A DNA stretch of 64,000 nt from Candidatus Eiseniibacteriota bacterium (GCA_041946735.1 JBHGAY010000008.1:99891-163890); one strand, 5' to 3'; numbered from the stretch's first letter, positions 1-10,062 are shown. Notes: generated from the letters alone by a model not told the origin. Translations and numbers: made by a program.

Positions 1-1057
1 TCCCTTCGCGGGCAGGCATCCGCAGGACCGCGAAGGACCGGCTCGGTTGAGGGAAGGGACCCTCCAAGCGGAGAGCGGGCGCGGGAGACTCTTCCGGGCC
101 CACGGCGCTCGGTGCCCCGCAATCGCCGTCCCCGTCGAGCGTCCTCAGGAGCAGGCCGCCGGGGCCGGCGATCAGGAACTCCGAATCGGTGACCGCCTCG
201 GCGGCATAGTAGTCGTGCGCCGGCGCCTGCAATGTGCACCAGTTCTCGCCTCCGTCGGCGCTGCGCAGCACCGCGCCTCCCAAGCCGGCGGCGAGAAGAT
301 GATCCTCGTTCTCCTTGCTGAAGCTGACCGCGCGAAGCGTGGCGTTCGTTCCGCTGGGCATGGCGCTCCACGTCTCCCCGCCGTCGGTGCTCCTGAGGAT
401 CGTTCCGGCGTCACCGACTACGTAGACGCGGCTTGGGTCGGTATGCGGCTGAGCGATCCCGTAGAGGTTCGCTGTCGTGCCGCTCTCGACCGCCGTCCAC
501 GTCACCCCGTCGGCGGTCTTCAGGATCGTGCCGCCATCTCCTACCGCCCATGCAGGTCCGGTGGGGAAGCCATCGCCGGCGTTCAAGTTGGCGTTCGTTC
601 CGCTTTCGACCTTCGTCCATGAGTTCCCCGCGTCCGTGGTCACGTAGATTCGGCCGCCGTCGCCGACCGCAACCGCCGAGGCGCCGGATCGCGTGAAGAG
701 CCGGAAGTCGGCCGAATCGGGAATGTCGCGATGGAACAGGAACTGATAGACGCGCAGCCGGACGCTTCCGTGTCCGGCCCCGAGCCACACTTCGCCACCC
801 GTCGGCTCTACGACGGAATAGAGGGGCGCGTCGGTCTCGACGTACTGGGCGGTCCACTCTCCGCGATCGCCGCTGGAACGCGCCGCGAAGCCGTGGCCGC
901 CCACGACCCAGTGATTCGCAAGGTAGGTGTTCTCGATCGCGAAAATGTCTTCCGTCGTGGGCAGATCGATCGGGGTCCAGCTCTGCGCGCCTGCCGGCGT
1001 GCCTGTCGCGAGGCCGCCGAGCAGGACGAAAGAGATCGAGAGAGGAGTGAGTCGCAT
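1..1057 (-). CDS. Secreted YCF48/BNR(Asp-box)-repeat beta-propeller protein, partial (C-terminus runs off window start)
   Basis: Absent from the ORF track because there is no stop in the window. Manual translation from ATG 1057 (GAGGAA upstream): MRLTPLSISFVLLGGLATGTPAGAQSW..., repeated 'VGDGGTILKTADG-TW' / 'RSTDGGETW' motifs, then 'PSAV...GPFPQPSR', resembling the start of a C-terminal FlgD/CTD-like domain. Confidence 0.8.
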   Translation of the reverse strand, partial: MRLTPLSISFVLLGGLATGTPAGAQSWTPIDLPTTEDIFAIENTYLANHWVVGGHGFAARSSGDRGEWTAQYVETDAPLYSVVEPTGGEVWLGAGHGSVRLRVYQFLFHRDIPDSADFRLFTRSGASAVAVGDGGRIYVTTDAGNSWTKVESGTNANLNAGDGFPTGPAWAVGDGGTILKTADGVTWTAVESGTTANLYGIAQPHTDPSRVYVVGDAGTILRSTDGGETWSAMPSGTNATLRAVSFSKENEDHLLAAGLGGAVLRSADGGENWCTLQAPAHDYYAAEAVTDSEFLIAGPGGLLLRTLDGDGDCGAPSAVGPEESPAPALRLEGPFPQPSRSFAVLRMPAREG

Positions 1058-1329
1058 GTTCGGTTTCCTCGAGGGGCGGTTGGTGGCCCGGCTCGGCGCC
1101 CCGTTCCCTGCGAGAGCCGGGCGATCTTCACATTCGGTGCTTCACGCGCATGCTGGCCGGCGGGCGCCTCCGGCGCAGCGTCGAGCTCATCGTACCCGTG
1201 CGCTTCGACTTCCTGACAAAGGAAGAAAAGTACATGTAAGCATTACAGGCAGCGAAGCGGCACGAGGCTTTCGAACGGGCGTCGGCCGAGGACTGAACGG
1301 GCCGCGGAGCGAGCGCACCCAACCGGCGC

Positions 1330-1421
1330 GGCCGGGTCTGCGCTCTGCGGCCGGGTCCGCGCTTCGCCTCCGGGGCCGAGCTTCGCGGCCGGGTCCGCGC
1401 TCTGGGGCCGGGTCCGCGCTT
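1330..1421. repeat. Four imperfect copies of GGCCGGGTCCGCGCT, intergenic
   Basis: Directly visible; variable spacing. Confidence 0.7.
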
Positions 1422-1497
1422 TGACCAGCCAGGCGGACTCCAAGCCGTCCCGTTCGGCGAGGTGACGGCGAGTGTGGCGCGGGCGAACGTGGCCTGG

Positions 1498-3252
1498 CTA
1501 CCAGGAACCGCCGCCGCCTCCGCCTCCTCCTCCGCCCGAGGACCCGCCGCCGCCCGAGCCGCTCGAACCGCTCGAGCGCGGCGCGGAGGCCATACTGCTC
1601 CCGGTGCGGCTCATCGCGCTCGTGAGCCCCTGCTCGAAGCTGCCGGTCGAGAACGCCATTCCCGTCGTCGTGAACGATCCCGAGCGATACCAGGACGGGG
1701 GCCGGTCGTAGATTCCCTCGAAGCGCTTCGCCCATCGAGACGAAACGCCGAGCGCCATCGCGTAGGGAAGGAGCTTCTCGAAGAGCGTGCGCGCGTCGGC
1801 TGCCTCGAGCTTCTCCCGCTCGACCCGGTCCACGAACTCCTCGAACCCGAGCGCCCATGCGCGCGCCTCGACGCCGCGCCGCGTTCGCTGCGGCATCGCG
1901 GGCGCGAACGCCAGGAACGGGACGAAGCTCAGAACCGCGGAGAGGATCGGCACCCCGATCGCGTTGGGGAAGACGCCTCCGCGGACCTTCACCCAAAGCA
2001 GCCCCAGGCCCAAGACGATCAGCATCGCGAGGACCCCGTAGCCGACATAGCGAGCGCGGACGGACGAAGGATCGCTCGTCATCAGCTTCTGCTGGACGAG
2101 TCGCTTGTACACGGCCGACCGGATGCCGGGAATGTGCCGGTAGAACTTCGTGTTCAGATCCGAAAGCTCGACCTGATCCCCTGACTCGAAGAAGCCGTCG
2201 AGCAGCTTCTGCTCGTGCGGGAGGAGCGGGCGGCCGTCCTTCCCGGTTCCTCGGACGAAGGAGTAGTCCTTCCGGCGGAACAGACCCAGCACCTTTTCGT
2301 CCTGCTCCTCGATCGCGAGCCACCCGCGGATCGCGAGATCGATCAAGGTCGACGTGATGTCGCGCAGATCGACCTTCTCGTCGACCATCGTGCCGATCTC
2401 TGCGGGTGTGAGGTTCTGCGGTGGTTCGTAGCGAACCATGATGGTGTCGGCGGCCCGGGGATCGCGACCCCTCCGGCGATACGTCAGCCACAGCCCGGCC
2501 AGCACCACGAGCGGCGCGAGGAGGATGATGTTGTCCGAAAGGAAGCGCAGCGCCTTCTGCGTCGCGGTCGGAAATGTGACGGCGCCATGCGGCCAGGCGA
2601 CAGCGACGGTGAGTCCCTCGAGAGGACCGAGGGGCCGCGTCGCCTGCACGTGCACCTCGCCGGCCGAGGGGAAGTCGAACTCCGCGTCGTGCCCTTGCTC
2701 CCCGAACGCGCCAGTGTAGGCGGCGCCGACCAGCGAGTCGGGCGGATACGGCTTGGGGAGATGGAGGGTCACGCCCGCCCGCGCGATTCCTTGATTCCAC
2801 TCGTTGCCGGTCACGTTCCAGTAGACCTCGTCGTGCCGGGAGAGGTGGACGAGTCCGTTCTCGATCCGATAGCGAAGGACGTACGTGAACGGACCGCTGA
2901 CGGTCCGGTCTGCGGAGCCGAGACGGATCTTCACGTACTGGCCTTCCTGGCTGACCTTCGAGTCGACGGATCCGCCTGCGCCATCCGACACGTCGAGAAG
3001 GCGGAAGCCGAGGCTGTACTGGTAGCCGGCCGGATCGGTATAGCGGACCGGGATCGTCCGGTAGATGCCGTGCCGTGGCTCCTGGAACTCGACATCGATC
3101 CGCTCCTCGACGTTCATCTGCGCGTTGGGCAGGATCGTGAGGTCGGCGTCGAACGACTCGATCGAGAAGCCGCCAAGGTCCGCGATCGCCGGCCCGGAGG
3201 CCGTCGTCGCGAGCGTGCATGCGAACAGCAACGCGAGGAACTTCCTTCTCAC
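1498..3252 (-). CDS. DUF2207 domain-containing membrane protein
   Basis: Signal peptide, 'YWNVTGNEW', 'LLPYAMALGV' and Gly/Ser-rich tail ending GGGGGSW; adjacent to lemA as is typical. Confidence 0.9.
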   Translation of the reverse strand: MRRKFLALLFACTLATTASGPAIADLGGFSIESFDADLTILPNAQMNVEERIDVEFQEPRHGIYRTIPVRYTDPAGYQYSLGFRLLDVSDGAGGSVDSKVSQEGQYVKIRLGSADRTVSGPFTYVLRYRIENGLVHLSRHDEVYWNVTGNEWNQGIARAGVTLHLPKPYPPDSLVGAAYTGAFGEQGHDAEFDFPSAGEVHVQATRPLGPLEGLTVAVAWPHGAVTFPTATQKALRFLSDNIILLAPLVVLAGLWLTYRRRGRDPRAADTIMVRYEPPQNLTPAEIGTMVDEKVDLRDITSTLIDLAIRGWLAIEEQDEKVLGLFRRKDYSFVRGTGKDGRPLLPHEQKLLDGFFESGDQVELSDLNTKFYRHIPGIRSAVYKRLVQQKLMTSDPSSVRARYVGYGVLAMLIVLGLGLLWVKVRGGVFPNAIGVPILSAVLSFVPFLAFAPAMPQRTRRGVEARAWALGFEEFVDRVEREKLEAADARTLFEKLLPYAMALGVSSRWAKRFEGIYDRPPSWYRSGSFTTTGMAFSTGSFEQGLTSAMSRTGSSMASAPRSSGSSGSGGGGSSGGGGGGGGGGSW

Positions 3253-3956
3253 GGAGCCTTGCCCTCCCTGTCCGTGGAGCCTTCTGCCGGGCCGAATTCC
3301 GGGCCGGATGCGCCGGATGCGGGGCCGGATTCCGGGCCGGATGCTGGGCCTGATGCTGGTCCTGACCCCAGGCCGCCCGCAGTCCCGAAGGAGACCGGTG
3401 GGGCGGCGGCCTCGAAGGGGTTCTCGAGCTCGAAGAACTCCCGATTCCGGAAGCCGAAAGGTCGAGCGAGCAGAAGATCCGGGAACGACTGCACCCGGGT
3501 GTTGAAGTCCCGCACCACCGCGTTGTAGTAACGCCGGGCGTTCTGCAGGTCGTCCTCGAGCTGGATCAAGGCCTTCTGCAGCTCGCGAAACTGTGCGTCC
3601 GCCTTCAGGCCGGGATAGGCCTCGGCGAGAGCCATGAGGCCGCGCAGGCCGCCGCCCAGTGCTCCTTCGGCCGATTGCGTCGCCGGGATGTCACGGCGAT
3701 CGAGCGCGGCCGCCGCGCGCGTCCGCTGCGCGGCGACCTCCTCGAGCGTCGTCCGCTCGTGCCGCGCGTACCCCTTCGCGGTCTCGACGAGGTTGCCGAC
3801 CAGGTCGTGCCGGCGTTTGAGCTGCACGTCGATGTCCGACCAGGACGCGTCCGCCCGGGTCCGCAGTCCGATCAGACGGTTGAAGGTCGCGATCGCCCAG
3901 ACGACGACCGCCACGATCGCGAGGATTCCGAGAAGGAGCGGGATGTCCATGCCCAT
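3249..3956 (-). CDS. lemA: LemA family protein
   Basis: 'WSDIDVQLKRRHDLV', 'AEAYPGLKAD', 'ARRYYNAVVRDFN'; start at ATG 3956 or 3950; low-complexity GPASGPES tail from 12-nt repeats. Confidence 0.9.
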   Translation of the reverse strand: MGMDIPLLLGILAIVAVVVWAIATFNRLIGLRTRADASWSDIDVQLKRRHDLVGNLVETAKGYARHERTTLEEVAAQRTRAAAALDRRDIPATQSAEGALGGGLRGLMALAEAYPGLKADAQFRELQKALIQLEDDLQNARRYYNAVVRDFNTRVQSFPDLLLARPFGFRNREFFELENPFEAAAPPVSFGTAGGLGSGPASGPASGPESGPASGASGPEFGPAEGSTDREGKAP

Positions 3957-4225
3957 GCCGCAAGGCTGTACACCACGGACGCCCCCGGCGCAGCAATATT
4001 CGCTCGGATAACGGAAGCCGAAGCGCACGGTCGTTCGATTGCGGGAAGCCGGCCGGCGAGCGGAAACGGCCGGCGCGGCGAGCGTTTGCGCGTTTCGTGA
4101 TCCGGCCGTGGCTGCTATTCTGCTCCGTTTTCGAATTGCGTCCGATGTCCGCCGGAAGGCGAAGCCGGAGAGGCCCTGATGGACTTCACCCAGCGCAACG
4201 CGACCGCCGCGCCGCAAGCCCTGCG

Positions 4226-5374
4226 ATGAGCGGAGCCGGCATCGCCCTGCTCGTCGCGATAGGGATCGTGACGCTCGTCTACGTCCCGGTCGCCGCAACG
4301 ATCCGACCGCTCAGCGGGCCGGATGCGATGGAGCTCGCGGCACCGTTGCTGCTCTCGATGGGGAGGTGGATCCTATTGGCCATCCTGCTGCTGACGGCCG
4401 CGGCGCGCGGCGGCTTTCCATGGATCCATCGGATGGCTGCGGTTCAGGCGATCGCCGTCTTCGCGCTGCTCGCTGGCGTCGGGGTCCTCGAGGTCTGGTC
4501 GGTCGCTTCGGCGACGAGCTACTGGTATGGGACCTCCGCGCGCGTGTGGGTGGCCGCGTTCTGCGTCGTCGCGCCCCTGATCCTCGCCTACCTTGGCGCC
4601 ATCGCCTGGCAGCGTGGTGGCCGCGTGACTCCGTTGGCCTCGGAAGGCGCGCCTTCGGGTGCCGCTTCACTCCGCCTGGCGGCGCTCACCCTCGTTCTCC
4701 TGATGGCCTGCGGGGCGGCGGCGCTCGCGTGGAAGAACCAGCAGGGTGCGCGCGAGAAGCGCGAGGCGCTGGCGCAACGAGCCGCCGAGGAGACGCGGGT
4801 CCGGGACGAGGGGATCGCCGCCTTTCGCGGGCTCGATCCGAACGCGCCGCTTCGCGATTGGCTTCCCTACACCTCGGATTCGATCGAGGAGATCCGCGAG
4901 GGGGCGGTCGCCGCGATCCGCTCCCGCCCGCGGCTGGACGAGGATCTGGCCGAGATCCTGCGAAGCGCCGAGCCGCTCCCCGCGCTCCGCTACATCTCGC
5001 AGTGGTACCGCAATCCTCCCGCCTCGCTCGCCGGGCCGGTGAGCGACGCCATCTCCTCGCTCCCGGACTGGGTGCGCCGCCGACTCGACGACTCCGATGA
5101 CTCGAACAACTACGAGATCGGTAACGCCTGCGACGCCTGCCTCGCGATCGTCGATGACTTCCACGACCCCCGCCTCGACTTCCGACCGGGGATCGAGCGG
5201 CTGGTCGCCTATCTCGACTCCCGCGCGCTTCCGCCCGAGCGCATCAGCTATGACTCGACGCATCTCGCCCGTTCGACGCTCCATGCCTGGCTCGACGCGC
5301 ACCGAGGCGCGGGAGCCAAGAACGCGGCGGACGACGCCGCCCGCCCCGCCGGCCGGGCGACGGATAGGCAGTAG
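4226..5374 (+). CDS. Hypothetical membrane protein (several N-terminal TM helices, soluble helical C-terminal domain)
   Basis: Hydrophobic segments, GC3-rich codons; start uncertain. Confidence 0.7.
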   Translation: MSGAGIALLVAIGIVTLVYVPVAATIRPLSGPDAMELAAPLLLSMGRWILLAILLLTAAARGGFPWIHRMAAVQAIAVFALLAGVGVLEVWSVASATSYWYGTSARVWVAAFCVVAPLILAYLGAIAWQRGGRVTPLASEGAPSGAASLRLAALTLVLLMACGAAALAWKNQQGAREKREALAQRAAEETRVRDEGIAAFRGLDPNAPLRDWLPYTSDSIEEIREGAVAAIRSRPRLDEDLAEILRSAEPLPALRYISQWYRNPPASLAGPVSDAISSLPDWVRRRLDDSDDSNNYEIGNACDACLAIVDDFHDPRLDFRPGIERLVAYLDSRALPPERISYDSTHLARSTLHAWLDAHRGAGAKNAADDAARPAGRATDRQ

Positions 5375-5585
5375 GGGACGCCACAATGGGACGTCCGCCG
5401 GGGGGACGCACGTGGGGCGGTATCAGGTGCCGTGCGAGCACGACTCTAGCGACGGATTCCCGAGACGCGACCAGACCGGACCGTCGAGCACATTCACGGA
5501 CAAGCGGCCGCAGAACCCATCACCACCTCGGCCGGCGGCTCTCGCGCCGGCGCAATGCATTCACGGCCGCCACGGAGGACCTTTC

Positions 5586-7865
5586 ATGGCAGCATCGCTC
5601 ACAACCGCGTCTCCAATCGGCGCACTCGTCCATGCTCGGGCCCGGGCGTTCTCCTGCCGCCGATACGGAAAGATGGCGGCGGCCCTTCTCCTCGCCCTTG
5701 GCGCGGTGCCCGTCATCGCCCTGAACGCCGCGCGAGCGGACGAGGACTACGTCTATACCTGGTCACTGCCGGTACCTCAGGGGAACGCGCTCGGCGGGTG
5801 CGACTTCGAGGACGCGGCGACCGGCTATGCCGTCGGACCGCGAGGCACCGTTGTCACGACGACCGATGGCGGCGCGACCTGGAGCGGGCGCGACCTCTAT
5901 CCGGGCTTCTCCACCGATCTCGAAGACGTTCTCGTCCGTGGTCCGCAGCATCTCTTCGCGGTCGGAGAGGCGCCCGGCATTTTCGAGTCGATCGATGGAG
6001 GCGCCTCCTGGTCGGCGGTCGCGAATCCCTCGACCGGGCGATTGACCGACATCGAAGTGGTGACGGGATCAACCCTGTCCGCGCTCGGCGCCGGCGGCCA
6101 GGCGCTCCGCTCGACCGATGACGGAGCGACCTGGACCGCCCTCGTCCCGCCCGGCGCAAACGATCTCTACGAGCAGTACTGGTTCGACGCATCGAGCGGG
6201 TATGTGGTCGGCGATCGTGTCGCGCGGCGAACGACGAACGGCGGGCAGAGCTGGCTCGCGTTGACCGGAGTCCCAGAGGCGCAGGAGAAGTTCAGCGAGG
6301 TCTTCTTCACCGATGCGCAGAACGGGTGGATCCTGGGAGACTTCTTCTACTGGCAGACGACGAACGGAGGGGCGTCCTGGACGCAGCACTCCTCCGGGCA
6401 GGCCCTCTACCTCGGCGACACCGTCGTGCTCGGACCCCAGCGCTTCCTGGTCTCGACGAACGTCGAAGGCGCCTTCATCTTCGAGACGACGAACGGGGGA
6501 GCGAGCTGGACCCCGCGCTTGTACAGCGGCGCGGATGCCTTCCTCGATTTCGATCGAACGCCGGACGGCACGTTGATCGCGGTCACGGGGCAGGGCAATG
6601 TCTTCCGGTCCACCGACGAAGGAATCACATGGACCGACCGGACCTACGCCGCCTACGACGGCCTTCGCGCGAACCTGGGAGCGGTCGCGATCGGACCGGC
6701 GGGACTCGGAGCGGCGGGCAGCGACGGGTGGCCGCCGACGCACTGGTATCGGACCGAGGATGGCGGCGCAAGCTGGCTGCCGCAGGATCCGGCGCCCAAC
6801 ATCGGCTTCACGAACGCGATCTCCTACTGGGACGGCGTCCATGCCATCGCCGCGGGCGATTATGGAAAGATGTGGCGGACGATCGACGGCGGGCTGAACT
6901 GGACGCCGGTGAACTTGCCGAATCCTCCGCAGGACGCCCGTGGCTACCGGATGTCGCTTCCGGCGCCCGGCGTCGCCTTCGTCAGCGTCTTCAGCCAGAG
7001 CCTGTACATGGTCTGCAGGACGACCGACTACGGCGCCAGCTGGGAGTCGCGCAGCACGGGCCTCCCGACCGGCGTCTGGCTGGCCGGGATCTCGTTCCTC
7101 GATGCGAACACCGGCTTCGTCGCGAGCAACGGCGGCGCGACGGCGACGATCTACGCGACGACCAACGGAGGAGCGTCCTGGAGCCCGATCGCCTCCGCCG
7201 GTCTCCCGAGCACGACGTCCGACATGCACTGGACCGATGCGCAGAACGGGGTCGTCACGGCGCGGTTCACGGAGGGCGGCATCTTCCGGACGACGAACGG
7301 CGGAGCAGTCTGGAACCAGATATGGGCCGGCGACGTCGGGAAGCTCGCGTTCGCGAGCGACGGCTTGCACGCGGCGGCGGCGGACCAGAGCTATCTCGAC
7401 CACGGCATCCTCTTCGTGACGGAGGACGGCGGCGCTTCCTGGAACCCGCTCGAGCTTCCTTCGACGGCGACGTTCACGAGCATCCAAGCTGTCGACGACG
7501 GTTACTGGCTCGGAGGGTCGGGGAGCACGATCCTCAAGCTGACGCGCGCCAACCCGGCCTCGGTCGACACCGGGGCCCTGCCGGCGGCCGGACAGTCCTG
7601 CTCGCTGCGCTCCCGTGGGACGGCCGGCGGCTCGATCGAGATCGAGTACGAGCTTGCCGAACCGGGCGCGATCGATCTGTCGATCTTCGACGTGCGTGGC
7701 CGGCGCATCGCGACGCTCGATCGCGGCGAGCGCCCGGCGGGCACGGTGGTGACGCGCGCATGGGAAGGGACGGACGCCGGCCAGCGCGCGGCGAACGGCG
7801 TGTACTTCGCGCGGCTCGAGACTCCGCGTGAGGCCCGAGCCATCAAGATCGTCTTGCGCCGATAG
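5586..7865 (+). CDS. Secreted YCF48/BNR-repeat beta-propeller protein with C-terminal FlgD Ig-like (T9SS CTD-like) domain
   Basis: GGAGG before ATG 5586; many 'T.DGG.SW' Asp-boxes; C-terminus 'IFDVRGRRIATL...WEGTD...NGVYFARL...KIVLRR'. Confidence 0.85.
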   Translation: MAASLTTASPIGALVHARARAFSCRRYGKMAAALLLALGAVPVIALNAARADEDYVYTWSLPVPQGNALGGCDFEDAATGYAVGPRGTVVTTTDGGATWSGRDLYPGFSTDLEDVLVRGPQHLFAVGEAPGIFESIDGGASWSAVANPSTGRLTDIEVVTGSTLSALGAGGQALRSTDDGATWTALVPPGANDLYEQYWFDASSGYVVGDRVARRTTNGGQSWLALTGVPEAQEKFSEVFFTDAQNGWILGDFFYWQTTNGGASWTQHSSGQALYLGDTVVLGPQRFLVSTNVEGAFIFETTNGGASWTPRLYSGADAFLDFDRTPDGTLIAVTGQGNVFRSTDEGITWTDRTYAAYDGLRANLGAVAIGPAGLGAAGSDGWPPTHWYRTEDGGASWLPQDPAPNIGFTNAISYWDGVHAIAAGDYGKMWRTIDGGLNWTPVNLPNPPQDARGYRMSLPAPGVAFVSVFSQSLYMVCRTTDYGASWESRSTGLPTGVWLAGISFLDANTGFVASNGGATATIYATTNGGASWSPIASAGLPSTTSDMHWTDAQNGVVTARFTEGGIFRTTNGGAVWNQIWAGDVGKLAFASDGLHAAAADQSYLDHGILFVTEDGGASWNPLELPSTATFTSIQAVDDGYWLGGSGSTILKLTRANPASVDTGALPAAGQSCSLRSRGTAGGSIEIEYELAEPGAIDLSIFDVRGRRIATLDRGERPAGTVVTRAWEGTDAGQRAANGVYFARLETPREARAIKIVLRR

Positions 7866-7992
7866 CGTTCGTCCAGCGCGACAAGAGTGGACACGGTCCC
7901 AGGAAACGCCGTAGAGCCGGGGAGGAGGGAGTGTAGAGGCTGCTTCCCGGCTCTGCTTCTGGCCGTCAAAGGTGCCTGTGCAATCCCGCCTT

Positions 7993-8062
7993 CATCCTCT
8001 GAGGACCATCCTCTGAGGACCATCCTCTGAGGACCATCCTCTGAGGACCATCCACTGGTGAC
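7993..8062. repeat. Tandem 14-bp repeat CATCCTCTGAGGAC x4 plus one degenerate copy
   Basis: Exact copies at 7993, 8007, 8021 and 8035; CATCCACTGGTGAC at 8049. Confidence 0.95.
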
Positions 8063-8259
8063 CATCGTTCCCGTCAGGATCGCGTCATCCGCGTTTCGAG
8101 CGGCCGTTTGCGTGCCCGCTTCTTGATCGAATCGTCATGACGCAATCGAAGGACTCCGGTGACGAGTCGTACGCCGCGAACGTGCAAGACCGCGACGCGG
8201 AAGGGTAGAGTCGAGGAGAACTCGGGCATGGCCATGCGAAAGTGAAAGGAGGAGTTCTC

Positions 8260-8892
8260 ATGCGAAAGGCTCTAGGCGTTTCCCTCTTGCTTGCCGGTCT
8301 CTGTCTCGCCTTTCCCGCTCACGCTCAGTACATCGGCATCCTGCAGTCCGCGGAAACCGTGGAGAAGGGCACGACGAAACTCATGATCGCGCCGATGGTG
8401 GTGTTCGGGAAGAACGGCGCGGACGACGAGATCGGAGCGGTCGCTCGTGCCGGCTACGGGTTCACCGACCGATTCGACGCCGAGGCGAAGTTCGGGCTGT
8501 TCGAGGACCACACGGTGATCGGAGCGGACGGTGAGCTGTGGGTCCTCCACGGAGAACGCAAAGACGAAGGGGTGGACGGCTCGCTGACCGCCGGCGCCCA
8601 CTACATCTTCGGCTCCGGTGACGCCTTCGACTCCTGGGGGATCGATCTCACGCCCACCTTGAGCGGACACGTCGTCCCCAGCTTCGAGCTGGTCGGCAGC
8701 CTGGACGTCTCCTTCGAGAACCTCCGGGACGTTCCGGAGGGAGTCGACGACACGTTCACCCGTGTCCATCTGGTCCCCGGGTTCGAGTACCGGCTGAGCG
8801 ACGAGGCGGACCTCGACGGAGAGGTAGGCATCGGGTTGAACGACGACTCGTTCACCTATCTCGGACTGGGGATCGTGTTCTACCTGCGGTAG
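8260..8892 (+). CDS. Outer-membrane beta-barrel protein
   Basis: GGAGGAG RBS, signal peptide ending AHA, alternating amphipathic strands, C-terminal 'LGLGIVFYLR'. Confidence 0.75.
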   Translation: MRKALGVSLLLAGLCLAFPAHAQYIGILQSAETVEKGTTKLMIAPMVVFGKNGADDEIGAVARAGYGFTDRFDAEAKFGLFEDHTVIGADGELWVLHGERKDEGVDGSLTAGAHYIFGSGDAFDSWGIDLTPTLSGHVVPSFELVGSLDVSFENLRDVPEGVDDTFTRVHLVPGFEYRLSDEADLDGEVGIGLNDDSFTYLGLGIVFYLR

Positions 8893-8966
8893 GCTTCCGC
8901 TTGCTGCCCGCAGGGCCCTGGGTTGCGGCGCGGCCGTCCCGACCTTCCAGGCGAGGAGGAGATCCG

Positions 8967-9386
8967 ATGCGCGATTCCGGAGCGAGCGGCGCCCCATCGC
9001 CGGCCGGCCCGATCCCGGAGGATCGTTACGAGACGCACCTCGACATCCGCTTCGGCCCGCTCGAGATCGTCGACGTGCCGGCGGTCGTCGCAGCCGTAAC
9101 GCATCCCTGGTACAACCAGACCCTCTGCGCGGTGAACGACTCCGTCGTGCGCCTCGGGGTCCTCCGGGGGGAGTACCACTGGCACAAGCACGACATGGAG
9201 GACGAATTCTTCTTCGTCGTCGAAGGGCGGTTGCTGATCGATCTGGACGGACGGACCGTCGAGCTGGCCGAGCGCCAGGGCTTCGTCGTTCCCAAAGGGA
9301 CGCTCCACCGGCCCCGCGCGCCCGAGCGCGTCGTCGTCCTCATGGTGGAGGGAAGGACCATCGTCCCGACGGGAGATGCGGCCTGA
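8967..9386 (+). CDS. Cupin domain protein
   Basis: 'GEYHWHKH..EDEFF' and 'VPKGTLHRP' cupin motifs. Confidence 0.85.
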   Translation: MRDSGASGAPSPAGPIPEDRYETHLDIRFGPLEIVDVPAVVAAVTHPWYNQTLCAVNDSVVRLGVLRGEYHWHKHDMEDEFFFVVEGRLLIDLDGRTVELAERQGFVVPKGTLHRPRAPERVVVLMVEGRTIVPTGDAA

Positions 9387-9465
9387 TCGCCCGCCGCTCC
9401 TCCCGTCCAGCACGCGGTCCGTTTACGCCGCCCCCACGGTCGGTCCTCTTACGTTCCCGCGCCGC

Positions 9466-9906
9466 CTACCCCAGGCTCTGCAGCACCTCTTCGGGGTGCG
9501 GCTCCGGCTTCACCTTGTCGTACGCCCGCTCGATCTTCCCGTCCGGCCCGATGACGTAGGTGATCCGGCGGGCGTGCGCGTCCTCGGCGCTGTCGCAAGC
9601 CCCATAGGCAAGGCCGATCGCGCGCGACGTGTCGCAGAGAAGCGGAAAAGGGAATCCCTGCGCCTCGGCGAACGACCGGTTCTGCTCGAGGGAGTTGAAG
9701 CTGCAGCCCAGGATGACGGCATTCTTCGTTCGGAAGCTCTCGATCCGGTCGCGGAACCCGCGACCCTCGGCCGTTCATCCACCGGTGTTGGCTTCCGGGT
9801 AGAACCACAGGACCACGTGGCGGCCGCGGTAGTCCGCGAGGCGGATCTTCTGCCCCGTGTGTGCCATGACTTCGAAATCGGGAGCCGGATCGCCGACCTT
9901 CAGCAT
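9466..9906 (-). CDS. bcp: Peroxiredoxin (Bcp/PrxQ family), selenocysteine-containing, 146 aa
   Basis: AAGGAGGT RBS; MLKVGDPAPDF...WFYPEANTGG[TGA]TAEGRGFRD...FPLLCD...ARRITYVIGPDGKI...*; TGA (codon 44, 9775-9777) lies at the peroxidatic Cys position. Confidence 0.88.
9747..9765 (-). promoter_or_regulatory. Bacterial SECIS-like hairpin
   Basis: mRNA: UGA-ACGGCCGAG-GGUCGCGG-GUU-CCGCGACC; perfect 8-bp stem, G-first apical loop 17 nt after the UGA. Confidence 0.75.
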
Positions 9907-9974
9907 GCGGACCTCCTTGTCGGATTCGGGTGAGGGGAGTGCGGAGCAAACGACGCCCGCCCGCGCCAGCCGCG

Positions 9975-10062
9975 ACCGAGCCGGCCGCGCGCGTCGGCTC
10001 GCCGAGCCGGTCCGAGCCGGTCCGAGCCGGCACGAGTCGGCCGAGCCGGTCCGAGCCGGCCG
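9975..10062. repeat. Imperfect tandem ~10-bp repeats (CCGAGCCGGT)
   Basis: About 7 copies between the divergent prx and wzz-like genes. Confidence 0.75.

Noticed and set aside
4179..4229. 16-codon ORF (MDFTQRNATAAPQALR) with a good RBS overlapping the start at 4226
   Set aside because: Could be a leader peptide or mark a frameshift, but read-through stops soon and there is no other support
7993..8062. Possible CRISPR array
   Set aside because: 14-bp head-to-tail units with no spacers, and no cas genes in the window
9466..9906. Peroxiredoxin as a nonsense pseudogene
   Set aside because: The stop falls exactly on the catalytic Cys codon, a SECIS-like hairpin follows, and the rest of the frame is intact
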